A stretch of DNA of 58,117 nucleotides from a virus (taxonomy: Duplodnaviria > Caudoviricetes), in the IMG/VR virus record IMGVR_UViG_3300027007_000030, positions 1-58,117 of that record. One strand, written 5' to 3'. Shown in pieces: positions 28,267-38,640 of the stretch. A program made the translations under genes and the position numbers. The notes beneath the pieces were generated by a model. That model was not told the origin of the DNA. It did not search any database and saw only the letters and a list, made by a program, of their open reading frames with translations. Positions within the stretch are counted from its first letter, which is position 1. Every line of letters begins with the position of its first letter.

Positions 28267-28443
28267 ATGGGATCGTCCAATAAGACGCGGGCGAACCATG
28301 CTTTCGTCGTTAGAGGGACGCTGGAAGCCAGTGACGACCTGATCGAGATGATCGACGATCATCCCGACGCAGAACTGGTCTACCAGAAACACTCGACGGC
28401 AAAGTTGTTCATCCGCGCAGAAGACGACGAGGGGGGCGAATAG
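28267..28443 (+). CDS. Small hypothetical protein (58 aa)
   Basis: GGAGGTGA SD at 28253; MGSSNKTRANHAFVVRGTLEASDDLIEMIDDHPDAELVYQKH... Confidence 0.6.
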   Translation: MGSSNKTRANHAFVVRGTLEASDDLIEMIDDHPDAELVYQKHSTAKLFIRAEDDEGGE

Positions 28444-28447
28444 CCCC

Positions 28448-29275
28448 ATGGCCCGTGGGAAACCCGTCAGCGGGAAGGCGAAGAAACGCTACGATCTCGG
28501 CTCGTTCTTCCAGTACGAACGAGACAAGGTCGAGAAGCGTGTGGTCACCGGCGACGAAGGGCGAGGGGAGTACCCCCGTCTGGAGCTCTACGGCGACCTG
28601 AACGACGCCTTCGGTGGCGGACTCCCGTACGGGCTCACCACGTTCTACGGCGAAGGCGGCTCGGGGAAGTCGAAGATCTGTCGCGAGATCGCGTCCTCCG
28701 TGGCGAACATCCACGAAGACAAAGGTCCCGTGATCTACGTGGCCGCAGAAGCGGTCACCGACATCCCGGAGCACAAGAACGTCGTGGGACTCAAATACAC
28801 CGAGAACAAGCCGAAGTACAACAAGGCGGTGGACGAGGTACTCGGCTTCTGTCAGGAGCAGCAACCGGTGATGCTCGTGATAGACAGTGCCACCAAGATG
28901 TTCTCGAAGACGGACAAAGCCGTCGAGGAGGCTGACGTCCGTTCCGCGCTGAGTCAAATCGAAGAACGCGCCGAGGGCAACCTCCCGGTCATTTGCACGA
29001 GCGAAGTCCGGGGGAGCCCGGGGTACACATACCCTGCTGGCGGCCAGGCTGTCGCACACGCCTGTGCCATGCTGGTTCGGATGCGCCGACACGAGGCGAC
29101 CACCAAGCGCGAGTCCGAGGAACTCGGTGAGCCCATCGGGACGATCACGTGGACGATGAGTATCGAGAAGGACCGAGAGAACCAGGCCGATACAGCCCAT
29201 CTGTTCAAACCAGAGTACACCCGTCGTGGACTCAATCTGAGCAAGTGGGAGGCCGACACGGACGTGGACCAGTAA
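28448..29275 (+). CDS. RecA-superfamily (RadB/KaiC-like) ATPase
   Basis: LNDAFGGGLPYG, Walker A GEGGSGKS, Walker B MLVIDS, PAGGQAVAH. Confidence 0.85.
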   Translation: MARGKPVSGKAKKRYDLGSFFQYERDKVEKRVVTGDEGRGEYPRLELYGDLNDAFGGGLPYGLTTFYGEGGSGKSKICREIASSVANIHEDKGPVIYVAAEAVTDIPEHKNVVGLKYTENKPKYNKAVDEVLGFCQEQQPVMLVIDSATKMFSKTDKAVEEADVRSALSQIEERAEGNLPVICTSEVRGSPGYTYPAGGQAVAHACAMLVRMRRHEATTKRESEELGEPIGTITWTMSIEKDRENQADTAHLFKPEYTRRGLNLSKWEADTDVDQ

Positions 29276-29377
29276 GATGGAGACGCCGCGATCACTCATA
29301 GGGTGGCGTATCCCTCTCGCTGGCTCGCTCACGGTCGATCAACAGATGCGGTTCGGAGAATCAACGGAGTGTCAAGA

Positions 29378-31483
29378 ATGACAAAGATCGACCTATTCAC
29401 CGACTACGTCGAATATCTCCAGTCAAAGGAGATAGCGTACGCGGAGACGTACATCCCGTACTACCTGTGTAGTGTGGGGTGTCACATGCTGAACATCAGG
29501 CAACAGAGCCTCAAACGGAGCGGTGAGCGCGGCATCTATGCCGAGCTCGGGTCGTACCCGAACCTCCGCCTGAACACCATGATGGTCGCGCCACCCGGCT
29601 TCTGTATGTCCCCGTCGACGAAGATCAAGACGGCGGACGGCGTCAAGAAGGCGGCTGACGTCGAGGTGGGAGAACGACTCCTCTCGGCGAACGGCGAGGA
29701 GAACGTGCTCACGAACAAGTGGAGCACGCGAAACAACATCCTCGTGTTCCGACCACTCGACCTGCGGGTGAGCCCGGAGCACAAGGTGAAGACCACCACC
29801 GGCTGGCTTCCAGCCGGTGAGATCGATGTAGGCGAAAAGATCGAGGCACAGTACACGAGAGAAGACATCGAACTACTTGCCTGGTGGCTCACCGAGGGCC
29901 GCTGGGAGAACAAGTACGACGACAGCCGTAACTCCGGACTCGTCATCTCGAACGGTGACGACGAGGAGGTAGAGCGACTCCGTGAAATCGCCGACCACTT
30001 CGGTTGCACGATGACCGAGATGGGCAAGCGAGAGTACCGGTTCGCGATGAAACCCGACCGCGAGAAGAACAGCGCGAGCGAACTACTCCGCGAGTTCGGT
30101 CTGGGCAACGTAGAGGGAGCACTCGACAAGTTCCTACCCGAACGGGTCTTCGACATGGAACCCGAGGCGAGGCGGCTCCTGTTCAAGACGATGGTCGACG
30201 GCGACGGTTGGGTTATCGACAGCGGTGATGTCTGGTACTCCACGTCGTCGCCGGACCTCGTCGAAGGACTCGGGCGGTTACTCGACGGCTTCGGGGTAGA
30301 GTACAGCGTGTACGAGCACGAGGTTGACGACTACCCCGTCAACTACCGACTCCGGGTCAAGAGTGAATACCGAGAGTGGTTCCACGAACCGGTCACGAAG
30401 GACCAGTTCAGTGCGACCGTCACCGTAGACGCCATCGAGGCGAAGAAGGGCAAGTTCCATACGATCGACTTCGAGACGACGCAGAGTCACTTCATCGCGA
30501 ACAACGCGGTGATCCACAACAGCAAGACGTTCTTCATGGAACTGATGCTGGACCCGGACATCGGCATCATCGGCGGGACGACGATCCCGACGAAGATGGT
30601 CCAGAACATGACCGAGGCGGCGTTCGTCGGCTCCGACGGTGGGGGCGACGACGACGACTACGACATGGGCCTCGCCGAGAAGTACAAGGAGGGTATTCTC
30701 GGCTGTGAGGAGTTCGACTCCCTGGCGAAGGTCATGCAGACCGACCACTCGGGGAACCTCGACAACATGCTCCTGACGGCACTCGACTCCGGTCGCGTCC
30801 GGAAAGACATGGCCCACGCGAACATCAACTACGACACCGACGTGACGCTGTTCGCGGCCACACAGCCAATGCGGATGGACCTGACGTCCGGGTTCGCCCG
30901 GCGGTTCATCTTCATGAAGTTCTACCCGTCGCCTGAGCAGATCACCGAGATGCGCCAGTCTCGACGGCGTGGACGGGGTCGAGATGCTGACTTCGATCAG
31001 CTCCAGAAGTTCAAGAACGAGCTCGGGATGAAGTTCGACTCGAAGGTTGTCAACATCGACCAGGTCCGTGGCCTCGAAAAGCTCGACAAGATCTTCGACG
31101 ACGTGCGAGTGCCGCACTTCGAGGAGAAGGTCTACGAGCGGATGGCGATGGGCTATTCCGTTCTCAAGGAGGGGTCGGTCGAGCAGGACGCGGACACGAC
31201 CTACCTGGAGATACAGCCGACACGCGAGCTACGGCACCTGCTCCGACAGTCGATGGAGTGGCGGGAGTCCCTCATGCAGGGCGTCGAGGGCGACCAGGTG
31301 ATCTCGGTCCTGCGCAACACGGAGGAGAAGTCGATGCCCAAGGACGAGCTACAATCGTTCCTCCAGATGTACTCGATGTCCGGTCCGCAGGTGAACAAAA
31401 TAATCCACGACATGCGCCGCAATCGGATGATCGACACGGAGGTAGACGACAACCAGACAACACACGTCCTCCTGAAGGAATAG
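29378..31483 (+). CDS. MCM-like AAA+ helicase with an intein
   Basis: Spliced Walker A APPGF/SKT, TEAAFVGS, GILGCEEFD (Walker B), LFAATQP, ARRF (Arg finger), C-terminal wHTH-like region. Confidence 0.8.
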   Translation: MTKIDLFTDYVEYLQSKEIAYAETYIPYYLCSVGCHMLNIRQQSLKRSGERGIYAELGSYPNLRLNTMMVAPPGFCMSPSTKIKTADGVKKAADVEVGERLLSANGEENVLTNKWSTRNNILVFRPLDLRVSPEHKVKTTTGWLPAGEIDVGEKIEAQYTREDIELLAWWLTEGRWENKYDDSRNSGLVISNGDDEEVERLREIADHFGCTMTEMGKREYRFAMKPDREKNSASELLREFGLGNVEGALDKFLPERVFDMEPEARRLLFKTMVDGDGWVIDSGDVWYSTSSPDLVEGLGRLLDGFGVEYSVYEHEVDDYPVNYRLRVKSEYREWFHEPVTKDQFSATVTVDAIEAKKGKFHTIDFETTQSHFIANNAVIHNSKTFFMELMLDPDIGIIGGTTIPTKMVQNMTEAAFVGSDGGGDDDDYDMGLAEKYKEGILGCEEFDSLAKVMQTDHSGNLDNMLLTALDSGRVRKDMAHANINYDTDVTLFAATQPMRMDLTSGFARRFIFMKFYPSPEQITEMRQSRRRGRGRDADFDQLQKFKNELGMKFDSKVVNIDQVRGLEKLDKIFDDVRVPHFEEKVYERMAMGYSVLKEGSVEQDADTTYLEIQPTRELRHLLRQSMEWRESLMQGVEGDQVISVLRNTEEKSMPKDELQSFLQMYSMSGPQVNKIIHDMRRNRMIDTEVDDNQTTHVLLKE
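29603..30520 (+). mobile_element. Intein (306 aa) with LAGLIDADG-type homing endonuclease
   Basis: Starts CMSPSTKIKTADG, block B VSPEHKV, LAWWLTEG and TMVDGDG motifs, ends HFIANNAVIHN followed by Ser. Confidence 0.92.
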
Positions 31484-31548
31484 CACCTGGATGCCACCAG
31501 CAGCGTCAGAAGACCACCCGTAGCCCGGGTTACCAGCCACGCAATCGA

Positions 31549-32361
31549 ATGAACACCGTAGCAATCGACATCGAAACAACCGGATTAGCAGCGACCGACC
31601 AGGTTACCGTCGTCGGGATCGGCGACGAGGACCGGTACGAGATACACTACAACGCAGACGAAGGTCGAACCCACTTCGAACACGACGAGTTCGAATGGGA
31701 ATCGAACGACAGAGAGATAGTGCTGTACGGATGGCCGAACGAGGAGCGTCTCCTCACTCGCCTGTCGGCGGCGACGAACCGATTCGGCCTGAACCACGAG
31801 GGACGGATGCTCGTCGGCTTCAACGCAGACGGCTTCGACTTCCCCATGTTACGGACGAGGAAACTCGCCTGTAGCGTCCCATGGGCGTTTCGCGGGGTGA
31901 ACTACCTCGACATCCAGGGGACGTACAAGTACAACTACCAGACGACGGCGATGGACATCCGCGGCTTCAACAAGAGCCCGCTCAAGAAGTTCGGCGACCA
32001 CCTCGGCATCGACGTCAAATCGTCGTGGCGCAAACACGAGATCCACGACGCCATCGAGGACCACGGGTACGACTCGAACGAGGTGATGGAGTACGCGGGA
32101 AAGATCGGACACGACACGCCGACCAAGTCGATCTCGACGCTCTCTGGCACACACAAGCTATACGTCGACATGGACATCGTCGATGAAACACCGCACGACC
32201 CACTCGGTGGTGACTCGTCGCTGTGTTGCAAGCTGTGGTCCGAGGGAGACATGGAGCCGGTGGTCAAACACAACCTGTCAGATCTGAAAATGACTCTGGA
32301 CCTTGTCGGGTTGGTCCCAGAATACGTGCATGAGGGCGAGTTACGAATAACTCGACTCTGA
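31549..32361 (+). CDS. DEDD 3'-5' exonuclease (RNase H-like)
   Basis: IDIETTGL, LVGFNADGFDFP, HNLSDL. Confidence 0.85.
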   Translation: MNTVAIDIETTGLAATDQVTVVGIGDEDRYEIHYNADEGRTHFEHDEFEWESNDREIVLYGWPNEERLLTRLSAATNRFGLNHEGRMLVGFNADGFDFPMLRTRKLACSVPWAFRGVNYLDIQGTYKYNYQTTAMDIRGFNKSPLKKFGDHLGIDVKSSWRKHEIHDAIEDHGYDSNEVMEYAGKIGHDTPTKSISTLSGTHKLYVDMDIVDETPHDPLGGDSSLCCKLWSEGDMEPVVKHNLSDLKMTLDLVGLVPEYVHEGELRITRL

Positions 32362-32441
32362 TATGTGGGCGAAATGCTTATGGATGTATCATAACAACTA
32401 TCGGATACAAAGCGGTAGACGGAACCGCTCCACCCGATACC

Positions 32442-32882
32442 ATGAGCAGCCCAGACGACATCGAAGTCGCCTATCAAAGCGACGACAGGACAGACAACCC
32501 AACCGAAATCGCAGACATCACGATCCTGCACCCCGACGACTTCGCAGGCCGGCTGAACGACGCGACCCTGTTTCAGCTGACCGTGCTACTGGCGATTCAG
32601 AACCTCGCCGTCCGCGGCGAAGAAACATACGGCCTCGCTATCAAAGGCGAGCTCGAACGTATCTACCGGACGGCCGAGATCCACCATGGCCGGCTGTACC
32701 CGAACCTGGATACGCTCAAAGAGCGCGACCTGATCGTGAAGAAGCCCATCGACGACCGGGCCAACTCCTACCAGCTGACGCCAGCCGGCAAGGGGATGCT
32801 GAAGCGGTACGCCGAGATGGTCGTTGGACTGATCAACGGCGTCGAGTACGACGAGATAACCAAAGAAGGCCGAGTCGCGTAG
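32442..32882 (+). CDS. PadR-family winged-helix regulator
   Basis: YGLAIKGELE...IHHGRLYPNLDTL...K..IDDRANSYQLT. Confidence 0.85.
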   Translation: MSSPDDIEVAYQSDDRTDNPTEIADITILHPDDFAGRLNDATLFQLTVLLAIQNLAVRGEETYGLAIKGELERIYRTAEIHHGRLYPNLDTLKERDLIVKKPIDDRANSYQLTPAGKGMLKRYAEMVVGLINGVEYDEITKEGRVA

Positions 32883-32949
32883 ACCCGCCAGGGCGAAGCA
32901 CGGCCCGCCAGCGAATGCGGTGTTTTCCGACTGATGTGATTGAGAGACT

Positions 32950-33480
32950 ATGACAACGAGATACGAACGTGCGAAAGAAATCGGATTCCAGGAGTCGGAG
33001 TCGAGCCAGGGGCTACTCTGGTGGTTCGTGAGCGACGGCGAGTTCAAGATCTTCATGGACTTCCGAGTCAAAGACGACCAGGGAAACTGGGACGGCTTCA
33101 ACCCGGACATGCCGCCGCGTATGTACGGCGCCGACGAAGACGACGAGGGGAACACGGTCTGGATAAACTCGTCGGGCGATACACGCGATCGCTGGAAGGA
33201 AGATATCAAGAATAGCTGGGTCGTCAAGAAAGTCGAGCGAGAGAGTGGCCTCGACCAGGACAGGGGTCAGACCGGCCTCGACTGGTTCACTGGCGGAGAG
33301 ATGTCCGAGCAGCAGTGTGCCTCGTGTGGAGACACGTTCCCTGTCTCAGAGCTCGAGGACGGCCTTTGCTTCGGCGAAGACACAGAAGGATGTTACTTCG
33401 ACGAGAACCCCGCTGAGCTGTTTCGACAGGCACGGCGACGGAAGAACGAGATCCGGAGTGACCGGCGACAAGAAAACTAA
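32950..33480 (+). CDS. Hypothetical protein with C-terminal Cys cluster
   Basis: Acidic ORF; CASC...C...C. Confidence 0.55.
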   Translation: MTTRYERAKEIGFQESESSQGLLWWFVSDGEFKIFMDFRVKDDQGNWDGFNPDMPPRMYGADEDDEGNTVWINSSGDTRDRWKEDIKNSWVVKKVERESGLDQDRGQTGLDWFTGGEMSEQQCASCGDTFPVSELEDGLCFGEDTEGCYFDENPAELFRQARRRKNEIRSDRRQEN

Positions 33481-33534
33481 TATCAGCTCAATGTCTAACA
33501 AGCAATACAACTCCCGTGGAACGGAGTGGTAGAG

Positions 33535-34695
33535 ATGAGTATCGCCAGTGACGAAGACTTAGAGGTCAGTGTGCCGCTCTATATCGAGCTGTTCAAGACG
33601 CGAGACGACTGCTTTGCTATGCAGCGTCCAGACGGAGCGTACAGCCCGATACACAAAGAGTTCGGCGAGAAGGAGGTGAATCAGCACGTCTCGGGAGAGC
33701 GAACGTTCGGCCAGTACCTCGTCAAACCGGTCAAGAACACCGTTCGGTTCGCCGCGATCGATAACGACATCGATGACGATTCGGACGCCCCGCTCGAAAA
33801 CGCACTTGCAGCGGCCGTCCTGGAGAAGAAGCGCGCGATCAACTGGGGACTCCGTCCGAACCAAGTGTGGATAGAGTTCTCTGGCCGACGAGGCTATCAC
33901 ACGTGGTTCTTTTTCGATCCACCGGTACAGGCTGCTCTCGCCAAGCAGTTCCTCGAACGACTGGTCGGCGGAAACGAAGGTGAGAACAGAATGTCCGTCG
34001 CCATCGATGGTGGGCACCACGAGGTGTTTCCCAAGCAGACGGCACTGATAGAGGGTGAGTACGGCAACCTGATCAAAACACCGTTCGGATTCCACCAGAA
34101 GACAGGCAACCGAATGCTGTTCGTCGACGATGACGGTACCCCTGTCGACGACCAGAACGCGATCCTCCGGGCGGCGCTTCGTAATCGCATCGAGCCAGAC
34201 GTTGTTGGTGGCATCCTGGAGGAGTTCGGTGATGATACGGAGGAGCTCGTCGCCAAATCGAAAGCAGATGCAGCTAATCGGGGCCAACGGATCGAAGACG
34301 TCGTCGACTCCGCGCTCGACATACGCCCGTGTATCGAGCGGGCACTCCGCGGAGAGGCGACCACCCCCGATGATCAGCGTGGTCAACTACGGGGTGTCAC
34401 TGGGCACCAGATGAGACTGGCGGCTGCGACGGAGTTGCTGAACAACGGCGTCTCAGTCGACGACGCGGTCGAGTATTTCAGTCACTTCGAGAACTTCGAC
34501 GAGCAGATCACGAGAGAGAAGCTGGAGGAGATCAAGCGTCTCGGATACAAACCGTGGCGATGCGAGACGCTGCGCGATAAGTGTGGCGCGTACGTCGATG
34601 GATGTGCGTGCCCAAAGACGTCGGAAATCGACCCGGTTCGCTCGATGGAGCTGAACCACGAACGATATAGCGACAAATGGAGACACAATGAGTAA
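33535..34695 (+). CDS. Archaeo-eukaryotic primase with PriL-CTD-like Cys domain
   Basis: AAIDND, EFSGRRGYH, GNLIKTPFG.H.KTG; C-terminal RPCI...H..R...FDEQIT...YKPWRCETL..KC..C. Confidence 0.8.
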   Translation: MSIASDEDLEVSVPLYIELFKTRDDCFAMQRPDGAYSPIHKEFGEKEVNQHVSGERTFGQYLVKPVKNTVRFAAIDNDIDDDSDAPLENALAAAVLEKKRAINWGLRPNQVWIEFSGRRGYHTWFFFDPPVQAALAKQFLERLVGGNEGENRMSVAIDGGHHEVFPKQTALIEGEYGNLIKTPFGFHQKTGNRMLFVDDDGTPVDDQNAILRAALRNRIEPDVVGGILEEFGDDTEELVAKSKADAANRGQRIEDVVDSALDIRPCIERALRGEATTPDDQRGQLRGVTGHQMRLAAATELLNNGVSVDDAVEYFSHFENFDEQITREKLEEIKRLGYKPWRCETLRDKCGAYVDGCACPKTSEIDPVRSMELNHERYSDKWRHNE

Positions 34696-35179
34696 CGACG
34701 ACGCGACAAAGACGGTGAACATGCGAGTGAGTGCGACGACCTGGGACGATCTCTCGGGGGAGAACAGGTCCGAAATCTGTCGAGAGGCACTTCGAGCGGC
34801 CTCGCAGATGAAGCGTGATGCAGGGAAGTCGATGCGATACGCAAACGAGTACGAGGCCGCCCTCGAGGAACTGGACGAGGCGCAGGCGACGGTCGATGTC
34901 AAAAAGCAGATGATGACGAACGAGCTCGAGTCGTACAACTACGACGAGCTGATCCTCGCAGACGAGCTCCCGGACCCGTTCTCCACGTTCGAAGAAACGT
35001 TGTTCTACTCAGCGAAGTACGCACGTACATACCTCGAATCCGGTCGCGACCACCAGTGGGTGGTCAACGCGATCATGCAGGATATGCGTGACGAGGGAAA
35101 GATGCTCCCGGTCGGCATCGCGCAGTGGGTCGTCGAGACGGTCGACGACGACATCGACTACGACGAAGTTACCAACTAA
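34688..35179 (+). CDS. Ribbon-helix-helix-like regulator
   Basis: KTVNMRVS...W...NRSEICREAL at the N-terminus. Confidence 0.55.
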   Translation: MSNDDATKTVNMRVSATTWDDLSGENRSEICREALRAASQMKRDAGKSMRYANEYEAALEELDEAQATVDVKKQMMTNELESYNYDELILADELPDPFSTFEETLFYSAKYARTYLESGRDHQWVVNAIMQDMRDEGKMLPVGIAQWVVETVDDDIDYDEVTN

Positions 35180-35218
35180 CGGATAGCTTTTGATCGCTGG
35201 ATACGTACTCACTGGTGC

Positions 35219-35413
35219 GTGAGTGGTCAGTTTCAAAAACTTATCATCGCACATGAATCCGTCCCCCACAGAGGAGCCTACGCGATCCTCTGCTACGGTT
35301 GCGGGTCGCCACTCAAGATCAACTGGGGAAATAACTCGACCGGGTTCGCCCAGTGTTCATGTGGACACCGTTTCGCCTACAAACAGGTCTACAATAAGTT
35401 TGTTCGAGCATAA
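35219..35413 (+). CDS. Small zinc-ribbon protein
   Basis: CYGCG...CSCG; GTG start; basic and AT-richer than neighbours. Confidence 0.45.
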   Translation: MSGQFQKLIIAHESVPHRGAYAILCYGCGSPLKINWGNNSTGFAQCSCGHRFAYKQVYNKFVRA

Positions 35414-35457
35414 TACGGGCATTTCAGAGCACCTCACAGCGTTTTCAAGGACTCTCT

Positions 35458-35519
35458 CCGGCGATAGTGTTCTCGGGACACAACCCCTACCCTGTAGGTG
35501 GTGCAAACGTACCTCCGGG
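35458..35519 (+). repeat. ~60-bp intergenic repeat family, copy C
   Basis: CCGGCGATAGTGTTCTCGGGACACAACCCCTACCC...GGTGCAAACGTACCTCCGGG. Confidence 0.7.
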
Positions 35520-35709
35520 TCTTTATTCGGAGGTTGTCAGGTACGATGAAAGCTGTTCGACACCCTATAAACCGCTATACTGTAGCTCTTTTGTACACTA
35601 ATGTATTCCAAAAGAAACACTTAATACACCATTCTGCATACTAAATACTACCCACAACCCCTGGACTTGGAACGGCTGGGGGAGGATGTGGGACGGAGTG
35701 ATTCGGTCA

Positions 35710-38634
35710 ATGAGTAAGAACGAAACCGAAGCAGACGTTGGTCCCGAGGGCGTGGAGGACGCCCCGGGCGGTTCGATGCTTGACACCATCGAGCCAGTAG
35801 ATGGAGAGTTGGGACCAGCCCAGCCGGAACCCGCGCCGGAGTTTCAGAAGGCTCGCCACGAGGTGGGCCAGAAGAACCTTCAGGCCGCCGATGAAGGGCA
35901 CGCGCTCAACATCGCGTCGGGTTCAACGGGCTCGATCAAACAGAAAGTCGACGATGAGGTCGTTCTCGACTATCTGTCGGACAAGATCTACGGCGGTCCC
36001 GATTCCACACTTCGCGAGTATCTCGCGAACGCAGAAACCGCTGTCATCCGCGGCGGTGAAGAAGAACTGAAGAACGAAGCGGGGTTCACGGATGACGACT
36101 TCTACGTGGTCGACGACGAGCACCCGGAGTACGACCCCGCCAAGTCAGACGACGAGCAGCCAACGCGGCGACTCTACCCGAGTGAGATCATCGAGCTTGC
36201 CCGGGAGCTCACTGGCTTCGAGCCGACCATCGAGATCGAGTGGCACGAGGGCGACAACCTCCTCGTGATCCAGGATAACGGTATCGGCTTCACGCCACGC
36301 GAAGTGACGGACGTGCTGGCGGTCACGGGCCACAGCGGGGTTCGAGACCGAGGCGACGTCTCCGGTCAGTTCGGCATGGGCGTGATGTCAGCCCACAAGA
36401 TGGTCGGCAAAGAAGGCGCGTACACGCTGATCACCCGGACCCGGAGACAGAACGTCCCGGACTGGGCACAGCAATCGTTCGCGGCCTACTGCTACCTGGG
36501 CGGCTACGACCCCATCGAGGGCGGCCTCCCCGAGGGAAGTTACGGGACGCGGTTCGAGCTCCCGATTCAGGAGGACCTCGACGACAACTACGGGTCGCGA
36601 TACTCGGACACGCCCGTGGTCACAGAGTGGGTCGAGAAGTACGCCGAGTGGATGCGGGTGCCGGTCCTGTATCACCACTTCAAGGATGGCGATACGGTCC
36701 ACGACGACGAGTTTGGGGAGCAGGAGTTCACCGATGGATACAACGGTGCGGTCCTCACGATCGACCGCCCGGAGTTCCTCGCCAAGTCCTACCCCAAATC
36801 AAGCAACGAGACGCTGTTGCTGTCGATGCCCATCAAGCGGAACTACAGCTACTCGCCGCCGGATGCCCCGTGGAGCGTGGACATCCGACTTCGGAACGAG
36901 GGCGGCATCGTGGTCGAGGGGCCGAACCACGGGCTCATGCCGGTCGACGATGCCGAGTACGACCGGATGGACGCAGAGCGACGCGAGAAGTTCGTCCGGA
37001 AGTCTGAGTTGGAAGACACAGACGTGACGCTCCCGGAACCGACGGCGTCACGTGACGAGCTACAGAAGAACGAGACGTTCTGGAAATGGATCGGCGCTGA
37101 GTTCGACTCGCTCTACAAGTCCGAGATCGCGCGGTTCATCGACCTGGTCGACGACATCGACGACCTGGAGAAGCTCGCGGTCGACGACCCGAACGGATTC
37201 AGCTTCCTGATGGTGGGGCTGAAGAACATCAAGCACTACGCCATCGACGACGCAGCGGACCTTCAGGAAGAACTGGAGAAGTCCCTCGACGCGACCAAGA
37301 GCGAGGAGCTGTGCGAGCAACTTCTGGTCCTCCTGGGAAGCGTACAGCTGGCCCCGCGTGGCCAGTCCGGTGTCTCTCGCAAGCGCAACAGGAAGGCGGA
37401 GAAGACGTGGCGTATCTTCCGTGACGCGGCCGAGGGCGGCGACGTCTACATGGGCGTCAACATCAACCAGAAGCGCGCCGAGGTTGCCTGGGAGACGCAC
37501 GATAACAACCAGGTTGCCCGCGTGGACAAAGCCGCCGAGTACCCGACGTTCGAGAAGTTGGGCTGGAAGATGCTCAAAGACGTCCCGATCACCAAGAGCT
37601 CGAAAGACGCGAGCAACTACAAGATCCCGGACAAGGTCACGCAGAGTCAGGCCAAATCCAACGCTGGACTCGCGGCACCAGATCGCGAGCTCACGGTCCG
37701 GCGAGATTCGGGACAGGACAACACGAAGAACTACGACGTGGAGACGATTGAGCGAGAGCTCAGCGCGTACCACAAGTACGGGAAGGGAGACGGGCTCTAT
37801 CTGGGCTACAAGAAGTATGCCACGGAGCTTGTCCTGTTCCCCAGTTCCACCGACCGGAACATGACGGACTGGTACAAAGTAATCAAGCCCCACGAGGGCC
37901 GGGCCTGCGCCACCTGCATCAACGGCGTGTACGACTACCTCAAGAGCGTTCCCGGAGTCATGCACATAGACGACCTAATCTCAGACGCGGCCGACGTACA
38001 GCTCACGACCAGCGAAGGCGACATGACTGTCGAAGACGCTGGCGACGAACTACTGATCCACCTGGTGACCGACGAGTACCTGGACGAGTTCCGGGACCCT
38101 GCGATCATGACCCGGCTGGCCGAGTGGCTCCACGACTATTTCCAGGAGGACGACCGCTGGGATGACTTCAGCTGGGACTACAGCAAGGACATGTACCCGG
38201 ACAAGTTCATCTACGCACCCGTGGACCGCGATGCGTGGCGCCGTATCCAGCCCGGATCGTTCGACCACGACTTCGTGGTGATCGGCGGCGATCTCCGAGC
38301 TCGTAACTGCGGGTCGGACCACTACCACGAGTTCCAGTCGGACGCGATGATCTACACGGTCGGCCGACTGTACGAGTGGGACGAGGACACGCCGGAAGTC
38401 GTCTCGCTCCAGTCGCTGGCGGTGAGCCGCGACCCCGAACAGGCGTTCGCACTGATCAACTCGTTGGCGATGCTCCACGACAACGGCGTCAAGCCCGCGT
38501 CCGAGCAGAACGGCCAGGCTGTCAAACTCGCTGTCGAACAGCAGGCGAATCTCAGCGACACCGCACTGGATGCCACCAGCGACGACAGCCAGGACGTCCC
38601 CGAACACGAGGCGCTGACCGACGGCGGCGAGTGA
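35710..38634 (+). CDS. Large GHKL (Hsp90/rIIA-like) ATPase
   Basis: LSDKIY...LREYLANA, IQDNGIGF, GQFGMG, GTRFELP Bergerat-fold motifs. Confidence 0.8.
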   Translation: MSKNETEADVGPEGVEDAPGGSMLDTIEPVDGELGPAQPEPAPEFQKARHEVGQKNLQAADEGHALNIASGSTGSIKQKVDDEVVLDYLSDKIYGGPDSTLREYLANAETAVIRGGEEELKNEAGFTDDDFYVVDDEHPEYDPAKSDDEQPTRRLYPSEIIELARELTGFEPTIEIEWHEGDNLLVIQDNGIGFTPREVTDVLAVTGHSGVRDRGDVSGQFGMGVMSAHKMVGKEGAYTLITRTRRQNVPDWAQQSFAAYCYLGGYDPIEGGLPEGSYGTRFELPIQEDLDDNYGSRYSDTPVVTEWVEKYAEWMRVPVLYHHFKDGDTVHDDEFGEQEFTDGYNGAVLTIDRPEFLAKSYPKSSNETLLLSMPIKRNYSYSPPDAPWSVDIRLRNEGGIVVEGPNHGLMPVDDAEYDRMDAERREKFVRKSELEDTDVTLPEPTASRDELQKNETFWKWIGAEFDSLYKSEIARFIDLVDDIDDLEKLAVDDPNGFSFLMVGLKNIKHYAIDDAADLQEELEKSLDATKSEELCEQLLVLLGSVQLAPRGQSGVSRKRNRKAEKTWRIFRDAAEGGDVYMGVNINQKRAEVAWETHDNNQVARVDKAAEYPTFEKLGWKMLKDVPITKSSKDASNYKIPDKVTQSQAKSNAGLAAPDRELTVRRDSGQDNTKNYDVETIERELSAYHKYGKGDGLYLGYKKYATELVLFPSSTDRNMTDWYKVIKPHEGRACATCINGVYDYLKSVPGVMHIDDLISDAADVQLTTSEGDMTVEDAGDELLIHLVTDEYLDEFRDPAIMTRLAEWLHDYFQEDDRWDDFSWDYSKDMYPDKFIYAPVDRDAWRRIQPGSFDHDFVVIGGDLRARNCGSDHYHEFQSDAMIYTVGRLYEWDEDTPEVVSLQSLAVSRDPEQAFALINSLAMLHDNGVKPASEQNGQAVKLAVEQQANLSDTALDATSDDSQDVPEHEALTDGGE

Positions 38635-38640
38635 CAGGCC

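Noticed and set aside
29303-29377. Upstream extensions given by the ORF track (e.g. starts at 29303, 31258, 13219, 13473, 24413, 55295)
   Set aside because: The extensions overlap upstream genes or encode non-acidic junk. Downstream ATGs, often coupled to the previous stop, are more plausible.
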